From Octopus sinensis (Eukaryota): 26,449 nt of DNA. The stretch spans positions 1 to 26,449 of the forward strand of contig NW_021835604.1 of the NCBI RefSeq assembly GCF_006345805.1. Direction: 5' to 3'. Positions 1 through 9,012 of the stretch are shown one piece after another. The translations under genes were made by a program, and so were the position numbers. Numbering within the stretch: the first letter of the stretch is position 1; each line of letters begins with the position of its first letter. The notes beneath the pieces are model-generated. The model saw only the letters and a list, made by a program, of their open reading frames with translations, was not told where the DNA came from and searched no databases.

Positions 1-117
1 AAGTACTCAAAAACGATGTCTCCAACAAAGTGAAAGAAGATTTCGAACGAGAGGTGGAAATTACAAGTTCGTTCGACCACGACAACATTCTAAAGTTGCT
101 GGGAATTATCATACACG
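1..117 (+). CDS. Trk/Trk-like receptor tyrosine kinase, kinase exon A (5' partial; alphaC region)
   Basis: Frame from nt 3: VLKNDVSNKVKEDFEREVEITSSFDHDNILKLLGIIIH, matching the RTK K-xLK...F.RE...HxNIxxLLG pattern. Donor GTCAGT at 118; phase 1 matches exon B. Confidence 0.92.
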
Positions 118-129
118 GTCAGTTACCTA

Positions 130-533
130 TCTATATATAAACGGCAGTTTGTCTGTGTGTGTTTCTGTGTGTCTGTCAGGTTGTACCCTCACCCTGACCA
201 CGGTTTTCAAGCGATTTTGATGAAACTTGACACACACATAGCCCAATGTCATAATTCAAAACTAACGCAGCGAAAATATTGAAAAGTTCCTCCAGTTCTG
301 AAAAAAATCGATAGATTCGACATGGGGTCAAGAATCTAAGCTTTTTATATGCAACACATTTTCTATCGGGAGACAGCTAGGAACATCGTATACATAGAAG
401 TATTCGAGTGAAGAGAAGACATTGCAACTTACACATGCGTCTTCGTTCCCTAGAGGGAAAGAACTAGATTGGGATTAGTCGTTGCCTACTAGGGGCTCTT
501 ACATACCCGGGCAACGCCGGGCTATGCTGCTAG
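130..533 (+). mobile_element. Non-autonomous Helitron, family H1, copy 1
   Basis: Starts with TC after A129. Subterminal hairpin CCCGGGCAACGCCGGG at 506-521. Ends CTAG at 530-533. Confidence 0.85.
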
Positions 534-939
534 TCTCTCTATATAAACGGCAGTTTGTCTGTCTGTGTGTCTGTGTGGCTGTCAGGTTGTACCCTCACCC
601 TGACCACGGCTTTCAACCGATTCTGATGAAACTTAACACACACATAGCCCAATGTCATAATTCAAAGCTTACGCAGCGAAAATATTGAAAAGTTCCCCCA
701 GTTCTGAAAAAAATCGATAGGTTCGACATGGGGTCAAGAATCTAAGCTTTTTATATGCAACACATTTTCTATCGGGAGACAGCTAGGAACATCGTATACA
801 TAGAAGTATTCGAGTGAAGAGAAGACATTGCAACCTACACATGCGTCTTCGTTCCCTAGAGGGAAAGAACTAGATTGGGATTAGTCGTTGCCTACTAGGG
901 GCTCTTACATACCCGGGCAACGCCGAGTTATGCTGATAG
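534..939 (+). mobile_element. Non-autonomous Helitron, family H1, copy 2 (head-to-tail with copy 1)
   Basis: About 96% identical to 130-533 with the same hairpin. 3' end ATAG (mutated CTAG) followed by T940. Confidence 0.85.
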
Positions 940-1028
940 TGTTTGATAAATTGTTGAAAGACACCGATCTTGTTTCAATGAATTTCAAAAATATTGAAGA
1001 ATTTTAAAAGTAACTTTGTTATTATCTG

Positions 1029-1706
1029 TTTCTTTACTACCACAAGGGGCTAAACACAGAGAGGACAATAGGTATTTCGTCTGCCGTTACGTTTGAGTTC
1101 AAATTCCCCCGAGGTCGACTTTGCCTTTCATCCCTTCGGGGTCGATAAATAAAGTACCAGTTTCGCACTTTGAACTCAGAACGTAACGGCAGACGAAATA
1201 CCTATTTATTTACTACCCACAAGGGGCTAAACACAGAGAGGACAATAGGTATTTCGTCTGCCGTTACGTTCTGAGTTCAAATTCCCCCGAGGTCGACTTT
1301 GCCTTTCATCCTTTCGGGGTCGATAAATAAAGTACCAGTTTCGCACTTTGAACTCAGAACGTAACGGCAGACGAAATACCTATTTATTTACTACCCACAA
1401 GGGGCTAAACACGGAGAGGACAAACAAAGACAGACAAACGGATTAAGTCGATTACATCGACCCCAGTGCGTAACTGGTACTTAATTTATCGACCCCGAAA
1501 GGATGAAAGGCAAAGTCGACCTCGGCGGAATTTGAACTCAGAACGTAAAGACAGACGAAATACCTATTTCTTTACTACCCACATAGGGGCTAAACACAGC
1601 GAGGACAAACAAGGACAGACAAACGGATTAAGTCGATTACATCGACCCCAGTACTTAATTTATCGACCCCGAAAGGATGAAAGGCAAAGTCAACCTCGGA
1701 GGAATT
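1029..1706. mobile_element. SINE-B derived tandem array with internal inverted segments
   Basis: Roughly 185-bp units (B-box-like GAGTTCAAATTCC, core GTCGACTTTGCCTTTCATCC). Plus-oriented blocks at 1069-1168 and 1246-1346 lie among minus-oriented units. Confidence 0.85.
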
Positions 1707-1748
1707 AACCACGTTGTTTCCATATTTCTGCTGAAATACACTGCCTTT

Positions 1749-2075
1749 CTGAAGGCGCATGGCTCAGTGGTTACGATCGTGAGGTTGTGAGTTCGAATCC
1801 CGGACAGACCTCCGTGTTGTGTTCTTGAGCAAGTCACTTTATTTCACGTTGCTTAAATTCACTCAGCTGTAGAAATGAGTTGCGACGTCACAGGTGCCAA
1901 GCTGTATCGGCCCCTTTTGCCTTTCCCTTGGATAACACTGGTGGCGTGGAGAGGGGAGGCTGGCATGCATGGGCGACTGCTGGTCTTCCATAAACAACCT
2001 TGCCCAGACTTGTGCCTGGGAGGGTACTTTTCTAGGTGCAATCCCACGGTCAATCATGACCGAAGGGGGTCTCAA
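1749..2075 (+). mobile_element. tRNA-derived SINE-C
   Basis: A-box TGGCTCAGTGG, B-box GTTCGAATCC. 11-bp TSD ACACTGCCTTT at 1738-1748 and 2076-2086. Homologous to 16048-16370. Confidence 0.9.
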
Positions 2076-2385
2076 ACACTGCCTTTATTGCAGGAATAAT
2101 TTAGTAAAATAATTTTGTAATTAATAAGTTGGTATTAATTAATTAGTTGGTATTCGGAACATAAATGAAAATGAAATTTTGATTGGAAATTTTTAACTAT
2201 TTTCGAAAATAATGAAGCACTTGTAAAATAATTCCGTCATTATTAAGATGGTTTGGAAGGAATTTTGATAGGTTTTAATTGAGATAATTTTAAAATTTAA
2301 AGTTTGTATAACACAAACGCGGTTAGCCTCAAGCAGGTTGATACAACAAAAGTTAGCTATTTTGTTACTATATTTTTGTTAAAAT

Positions 2386-3068
2386 GGATGGAAGCACTCC
2401 GTCGGTTACGACGACGAGGGTTCCGGTTGATCCGATCAACGGAACAGCCTGCTCGTGAAATTAACGAGCAAGTGGCTGAGCACTCCACAGACACGTGTAC
2501 TCTTAACGTAGTTCTCGGGGATATTCAGCGTGACACAGACTGCGACAAGGCTGGCTTTTTGAAATACAGGTACACCCGAAACAGGAAGAAAGAGTGAAAG
2601 TTGTGGTGAAAGAGTACAGCAGGGATCACCACCATCCCCTGCCGGAGCCTCGTGGAGCTTTAGGTGTTTTCGCTCAATATGGAATGGAAGCACTCCGTCG
2701 GTTACGACGATGAGGGTTCCGGTTGATCCGATCAACGGAACAGCCTGCTCGTGAAATTAACGTGTAAGTGGCTGAGCACTCCACAGACACGTGTACCCTT
2801 AACGTAGTTCTCGGGGATATTCAGCGTGACACAGAGAGTGACAAGGCCGGCCCTTTGAAATACAGGCACAACAGAAACAGGAAATAAGAGTGAGAGAAAG
2901 TTGTGGTGAAAGAGTACAGCAGGGATCACCACCATCCCCTGCCGGAGCCTCGTGGAGCTTTAGGTGTTTTCGCTCAGTAAACACTCACAACGCCCGGTCT
3001 GGGAATCGAAACCGCGATCCTACGACCGCGAGTCTGCTGCCCTAACCGCTGGGCCATTGCGCCTCCAC
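2386..3068 (-). mobile_element. SINE-D dimer: 5'-truncated copy (2389-2679) plus full copy (2685-3067)
   Basis: Reverse complement of the SINE-D at 14278. One 11-bp TSD TTTGTTAAAAT (2375-2385, 3069-3079) flanks both copies. Confidence 0.9.
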
Positions 3069-3273
3069 TTTGTTAAAATACCCTGCCTTTATCTCAGTTA
3101 ATTTTGAAAATTAAAAAGAAAGAATTTAGTAAAATAACTCCGTCATTAAGTTGTGTTTGGAACATAAACTCAGATGGAAATTTGTTAGGTTTTAATTAAG
3201 GTCTCTTTAAAACAGAGACTTTGTATTATAATTCCAAGAACTACACTAGACAAGTTGGTATAAAAACGTTAAC

Positions 3274-3689
3274 TCTTTGCTCTTTTTCTTTTTACTTGTT
3301 TCAGTCATTTGACTGCGGCCATGCTGGAGCACCGCCTTTAGTCGAGCAAATCGTCCCCGGGACTTATTCTTTGTAAGCCCAGTATTTATTCCATCGTTCT
3401 CTTTTGCCGAACCGCTAAGTAACGTGGATATAAACACACCAGCATCGGTTGTCAAGCAATGCTAGGGGAACAAACACAGACACACAAACATATTCACACA
3501 CACTTATATATATATACATATATACGACAGGCTTCTTTCAGTTTCCGTCTACCAAATCCACTCACAAGGCATTGGTCGGCCCGGGGCTATAGCAGAAGAC
3601 ACTTGCCCAAGATGCCACGCAGTGGGACCGAACCCGGAACCATGTGGTTGGTTAGCAAGCTACTTACCAAACAGCCACTCCTGCGCCTA
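3274..3689 (-). mobile_element. tRNA-derived SINE-E with internal (TA)n
   Basis: Reverse complement of TAGGCGCAGGAGTGGCTG...CAGTCAAATGACTGAAACAAGTAAAAG; many copies in the window. Confidence 0.9.
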
Positions 3690-3911
3690 TTGTTCAGTTT
3701 TCTGAATTAATTTTGAAAATGATCGTTTAGTGAAATAATTTTCTAATTTTCTTATAATTAAGCTGGTGTTTAGGACAAAAATTAACAAGAAATTTTAATG
3801 TGAGGTTTTGATTTTAATCATTCTAAAACACGAAGTTTGTAATTTAGAATCAGGAAAGCCCGAAGCAAGTTGCTATTAGAAAGGTTAACCTCTTCGTCGA
3901 AATAGACTGTT

Positions 3912-4334
3912 GGGATCTTTTCGGTTTGAACGACAGTTTTAACATAATTTCTAGGTAACTAAAAAATTTTAAACTTTGTAAACTGGTAGAATGTGTTTAT
4001 AAAACATCTTTTTCTCTTGGCTTTATTGAGAAAATTCTATGGTTTGTAAGATATTTGCTGAGTTTTTTTTTTTTCAATTTTTGCAATTTCAACCAATCAA
4101 TGACATCTATTGAGTTAAAAACATTCTGTGCCGTATGAATATGTCCCTCGTTTAAGAAACAGATTGGGTTTATTTACATTTCTGAAGAAAAAAAGATACC
4201 CTTCCACCCACCCCTAACCCTAACCCTAAAACAGATTGAAATGCAATAGATCGATACTAGGGTCATAATTATGAGTGACAATTTCATATGACACCGCTAG
4301 AAAAAAAAACTGCTGTTCAAACCGAAAAGATCCC
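3912..4334. mobile_element. MITE with 29-bp TIRs and 6-bp TSD (superfamily unassigned)
   Basis: TIR GGGATCTTTTCGGTTTGAAC at 3912-3931 and its reverse complement at 4315-4334, extendable to 29 bp with 2 mismatches. TSD ACTGTT at 3906-3911 and 4335-4340. Internal (CCCTAA)3 at 4212-4229. Confidence 0.9.
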
Positions 4335-4556
4335 ACTGTTGAAATACTCTAAATTTGTTTCAATTAATGTTGAAAATAATGAAAAGTTTAGTAAAACAAC
4401 TTTGTGATTATTAAGTTGGTGTTTGGAACAACATAGCAACATGGTATTTTGTTGAAAGGCTTTGGTTTTGTTAACTTTAAATAGGAACTACTATAGAATC
4501 ACGAGAAGTATCAGAAGCGTTGAACCGAGATCAAACCCTCGTTTTATACATCTGGG

Positions 4557-5325
4557 TGTTGTGTGGACGCCCCCCAGACGATGAAGTAGTCTAGCCCAAT
4601 ACGCAGATATATATTTCTTTGCTACCCCCCACAAGGGGCTAAACATAGAGGGGACAAACAAGGACAGACAAAGGGATTGAGTCGATTACATCGACCCCAG
4701 TGCGAAACTGGTACTTTATTTATCGACCCCGAAAGGATGAAAGGCAAAGTCGACCTCGGGGGAATTTGAACTCAGAACGTAACGGCAGACGAAATACCTA
4801 TTTCTTTACTACTCACAAGGGGCTAAACACAGAGGGGACAAACAAGGACAGACAAAGGGATTAAGTCGATTACATCGACCCCAGTGCGAAACTGGTACTT
4901 AAGGATGAAAGGCAAAGTCGACCTCGGCAGAATTTGAACTCAGAACGTAACGGCAGACGAAATACATATTTCTTTACTACTCACAAGGGGCTAAACACAG
5001 AGGGGACAAACAAGGACAGACTGATGGATTAAGTCAATTACATCGACCCAGTGCGAAACTGGTACTTAATTTATAGACCCCCGAAAGGATGAAAGGCAAA
5101 GTCGACCTCGGCGGAATTTGAACTCAGAACGTAACGGCAGACGAAATACCGCTAAGCATTTCGCCCGGTGCGCTACCGTTTCTGCCAGTTCACCGCCTTC
5201 CAATACGTAGATATGGAGGGAGAAGCCTAGACGTCAGGAGAACGGTTGAGTAACGGTCAGAGTAGAGCAGAGTAGAGTTGAGTAGGGGTCATCCGAATGT
5301 GTAATACAACAGTGGCGACGAGGAT
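4557..5325 (+). mobile_element. Short LTR (about 150 bp after removing the SINE insert) plus tRNA-Ser(GCU) primer-binding site; LTR-retrotransposon relic
   Basis: TGTTGT at 4557 and ACAACA at 5306-5311 form an inverted terminal hexamer. TGGCGACGAGGAT at 5313-5325 is complementary to the tRNA-Ser(GCU) 3' end ATCCTCGTCGCCA. No gag/pol or second LTR seen. Confidence 0.7.
4611..5199 (-). mobile_element. SINE-B: one tRNA head plus three tandem body units
   Basis: Head at 5150-5199 (AAGGCGGTGAACTGGCAGAAAC on minus). 15-bp TSD CCAATACG(C/T)AGATAT at 4596-4610 and 5200-5214. Confidence 0.9.
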
Positions 5326-5345
5326 TTCGTAGCTCACACAGCCAC

Positions 5346-5566
5346 TTTACTCTTTACTCTTTTTTACTTATTTCAGTCATTTGACTGCGGCCATGCTGGA
5401 GCACCGCCTTTAGTCGAGCAAATCGATCCCCACGACTTATGCTTTTGTAAGCCCAGTACTTATTCTATCGGTCTCTTTTGCCGAACCGCTAAGTGACGGG
5501 GACGTAAACACACCAGCATCGGTTGTCAAGCAATGCTAGAGGGACAAACACAGACACACAAACATG

Positions 5567-5635
<69 letters not shown>

Positions 5636-5807
5636 TATATATACGACAAGCTTCTTTCAGTTTCCGTCTACCAAATCCACTCACAAGGCTTTGGTCGGCC
5701 CGAGGCTATAGCAGAAGACACTTGTCCAAGATGCCACGCAGTGGGACTGAACTCGGAACCATGTGGTTGGTTAGCAAGCTACTTACCACACAGCCTCTCC
5801 TGCGCCT
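5346..5807 (-). mobile_element. SINE-E
   Basis: Full-length family match with internal (CA)n(TA)n and (TTACTCT)n tail. Confidence 0.9.
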
Positions 5808-6098
5808 CCCACTGTGTAGTATTGCGACGTAACACTGGGATTACTTTATCCAATTTTCTTACTTAACTCTGGGTCAAGTGGGATTACCCTTACCTATGAG
5901 TAATCTTACCACACAGCCACTCCTGCGCCTTGAAATTTCTTCCAAAAAACTTGGCAAGACAGGTATAGACGATCACTGATAAGCCTTTCATAAAAGGTGA
6001 AACTAAATGGCTTGATTTTTCTTTTATTGGAAAATATTTCAAAGCTTGATGATTTAATTAGGAAGCTAAATATATATTTAGTAAATACATAAAGACGA

Positions 6099-7160
6099 GT
6101 GAAATGCTAAGCGGTATTTCTTCCGTCCTTACGTCGACTTTACCTTTCATTCTTTCGGGGCGGATAAATTAAGTACCAGTTGCGCACTGAGGTCGATATA
6201 ATCGACTTAATCCATTTGTCTGCCCTTGTTTGTCCCCTCTGTGTTTAGCCCCTTGTGGGTAGTAAAGAAAAAGGTATTTCGTCTGCCGTTAAGTTTTGAG
6301 TTCAAAATCCGCCCAGATCGACTTTGCCTTTCATCCTTTCGGGGTCGATAAATTAAGTACCAGTTACGCACTGGGGTCGATATAATCGACTTAATCTGTC
6401 TGTCTGTTCTTGTTTGTCCTCTCTGTGTTTAGCCCCTTGTGGGTAGTAAAAAAACAGGTATTTCGTCTGCCGCTACGTTCTGAGTTCAAATTCCGCCGAG
6501 GTTGACTTTGCCTTTCATCCTTTCGGGGTCGATAAATTAAGTACCAGTTACTCACTGGGGGTCGATGTAATCGACTTAATCCATTTGTCTGCCCTTGTTT
6601 GTCCCCTCTGTGTTTAGCCCCTTGTGGGTAGTAAAGAAATAGGTATTTCGTCTGCCGTTAAGTTTTGAGTTCAAAATCCGCCCAGATCGACTTTGCCTTT
6701 CATCCTTTCGGGGTCGATAAATTAAGTACCAGTTACGCACTGGGGTCAATATAATCGACTTAATCCGTTTGTCTGTCCTTGTTTGTCACCTCTGTGTTTA
6801 GCTCCTTGTGGGTAGTAAAGAAATAGGTATTTCGTTTTGAGTTCAAATTTCCCCGAGGTCGACGTTGCCTTTCATCCTTTCGGGGTCGATAAATTAAGTA
6901 CCAGTTTCGCACTGGGGTCAATATAATCGACTTAATCCGTTTCCCTGTCCTTGTTTGTCACCTCTGTGTTTAGCCCCTTGTGGGTAGTAAAGAAATAGGT
7001 ATTTCGTTCTTAGTTCAAATTTCGCCGAGGTCGACTTTGCCTTTCATCCTTTCAGGATCGATGTAATAAGTACCAGTTACGCACTGGGATCGGCACGACG
7101 TTATTGGCTTAATCCGTTCCCACAAATTTGAGGCCTTGTGCCTATAGTAGAAAGGATTGT
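6099..7160 (+). mobile_element. SINE-B: partial head plus six tandem body units
   Basis: Units restart at GGTATTTC at 6113, 6273, 6457, 6642, 6826 and 6998. The last unit ends in a different tail (GGCCTTGTGCCTATAGTAGAAAGGATT). Confidence 0.9.
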
Positions 7161-7190
7161 TGTTGGTGTTGTTATTATATAACAATAGTC

Positions 7191-7575
7191 GAGGCGCAAT
7201 GGCCCAGTGGTTAGGGCAGCGGACTCGCAGTCATAGGATCGCGGTTTCGATTCCCAGACCGGGCGTTGTGAGTGTTTATCGAGCGAAAACACCTAAAGCT
7301 CCACGAGGCTCCGGCAGGGGATGGTGGCGATCCCTGCTGTACTCTTTCACCACAACTTACTCTCACTCTTACTTCCTGTTTCTGTTGTACCTGTATTTCA
7401 AAGGGCCGGCCTTGTCACTCTCTGTGTCACGCTGAATATCCCCGAGAACTACGTTAAGGGTACACGTGTCTGTGGAGTGCTCAGCCACTTACACGTTAAT
7501 TTCACGAGCAGACTGTTCCGTTGATTCGGATCAACCGGAACCCTCGTCGTCGTAACCGACGGGGTGCTTCCATCC
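7191..7575 (+). mobile_element. tRNA-derived SINE-D
   Basis: GAGGCGCAATGGCCCAGTGG head through GTGCTTCCA(TCCA) tail. Possible TSD ATAACAAT at 7179-7186 and 7578-7585. Confidence 0.9.
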
Positions 7576-7611
7576 ACATAACAATGGATTTTCTCTATTT
7601 CTCTGTTGTAG

Positions 7612-7730
7612 ACATTCGTGAAACGCCGTACATGGTATTTGAGTACATGACTCACGGGGACTTAGCTCAAGTATTGCGAAAGAATGATCCTCATGTGAAG
7701 ATCGGTGAGACATCTGTGAAACTAACAAAA
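7612..7730 (+). CDS. Trk/Trk-like RTK, kinase exon B (hinge and kinase insert)
   Basis: Pyrimidine tract plus TAG at 7609-7611. G|AC gives D, then IRETPYMVFEYMTHGDLAQVLRKNDPHVKIGETSVKLTK. Donor GTAAGT at 7731, phase 0. Confidence 0.95.
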
Positions 7731-7826
7731 GTAAGTCGGTTTTCAATTATCAAATATTAGCTCAACGAAGACGCCATTACTACATGTCTGATTACTCTGT
7801 CGCCTCCTCACTGACTGCGTGTGATA

Positions 7827-8328
7827 TCTATATATATAAAAGTGAGGTTGTGTGCTGTCTGTCTCCTACGATTTAGATTCCTTACTACTCCCACATTTTG
7901 CGGTGCAGTTTAACCAAAAGCGGATATCTTATAGTCGTGATTCATATCGAGCCCTTCTGGGTATTAGCGCGCGTCTACGATGAGTCTACGATTTTAAAAA
8001 TAATTTACCATTATTTTTTTCCATTTTAATGCATTTTTCGCTATTATATAAGGGAAGTAACTCTCTAAAAATGTCTACGACGAGTCTACGATTTAAAGAA
8101 TAATTTACCATCATTTTTTTCCATTTTAATGCATTTTTTCGCTATTATATAAGGGAAGTATCTCTCTAAAAATGTCTACGATGAGTCAACGATTTAAAAA
8201 ATAATTTACCATCATTTTTTATCCATTTTAATGTGCATTTTTTTTGCTATTTTTGGCTATAACTCTCTAAAAATGCTTATATAGTTATTTCCCTTACAAA
8301 CCCGAGCAACGCCGGGCGATACTGCTAG
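7827..8328 (+). mobile_element. Non-autonomous Helitron, family H2, with three copies of an internal ~100-bp repeat
   Basis: A|TC 5' end, hairpin CCCGAGCAACGCCGGG at 8301-8316, CTAG|T 3' end. Confidence 0.9.
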
Positions 8329-8556
8329 TGGGAAATATTACTGTCGCACTATGTTTACATATCAAGGGTGTTCGGGCTAAATTTGACAGTTTGCTTGAAA
8401 GGGAAAACAAAACAAAACAATATTTCATCCAAAAATAAAAGTATTTAAAAAATCAAGAACTATCAACTCGATCACTGGTCCTGAACTGGGTTCCATATGA
8501 ACCTCTAAGGTCTAGATAGGATTTTTGTTAAATTTTAATGAGTAATAAATTGTTTA

Positions 8557-8970
8557 TAGGCGCAGGAGTGGCTGTGTGGTAAGTAGCTTGCTTACAAACC
8601 ACATAGTTCCGGGTTCAGTCCCACTGCGTGGCCCCTTGGGCAAGTGTCTTCTACTATAGCCTCAGACCGACCTAAGCCTTGTGAGTGGATTTGGGAGACG
8701 GAAACTGAAAGAAGCCCGTCGTATATTTATATATATATATATATATATAATATATATATATATTAATATATATATACACGTAGGGGTAGGAGTGGCTGTG
8801 TGTTAAGTAGCTTGCTTACCAACCACATTGTTCCGGTTCAGTCCCAATGCGTGGCCCCTTGGGCAAGTGTCTTCTACTATAGCCGCGGGCAGACCAAAGC
8901 CTTGTGAGTGGATTTGATAGACGGAAACTGAAGAAGCCCGTCGTATATATGTATATGTATATATATATTA

Positions 8971-9012
<42 letters not shown>

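Larger units (their letters stand above)
1705..4520 (+). mobile_element. Chain of four degenerate AT-rich MITE copies joined at TTAA (piggyBac-like), each interrupted by younger elements
   Basis: Shared motifs TTTAGTAAAATAA (about 2100, 3125, 3726, 4387) and GTTTGGAAC. Junctions TTAA 1705, TTAG 2353, TTAA 3269, TTAA 3885. Superfamily inferred only from the TTAA ends. Confidence 0.55.

Noticed and set aside
4212-4229. Interstitial telomere or chromosome fusion scar
   Set aside because: Only three units, and they are internal to a TIR/TSD-bounded MITE.
6099-7160. CRISPR-like or retrozyme interpretation of the ~185-bp arrays (also 14821-15255)
   Set aside because: No unique spacers, no cas genes, eukaryotic context; I found no CUGANGA/GAAA hammerhead core in the SINE-B unit on either strand.
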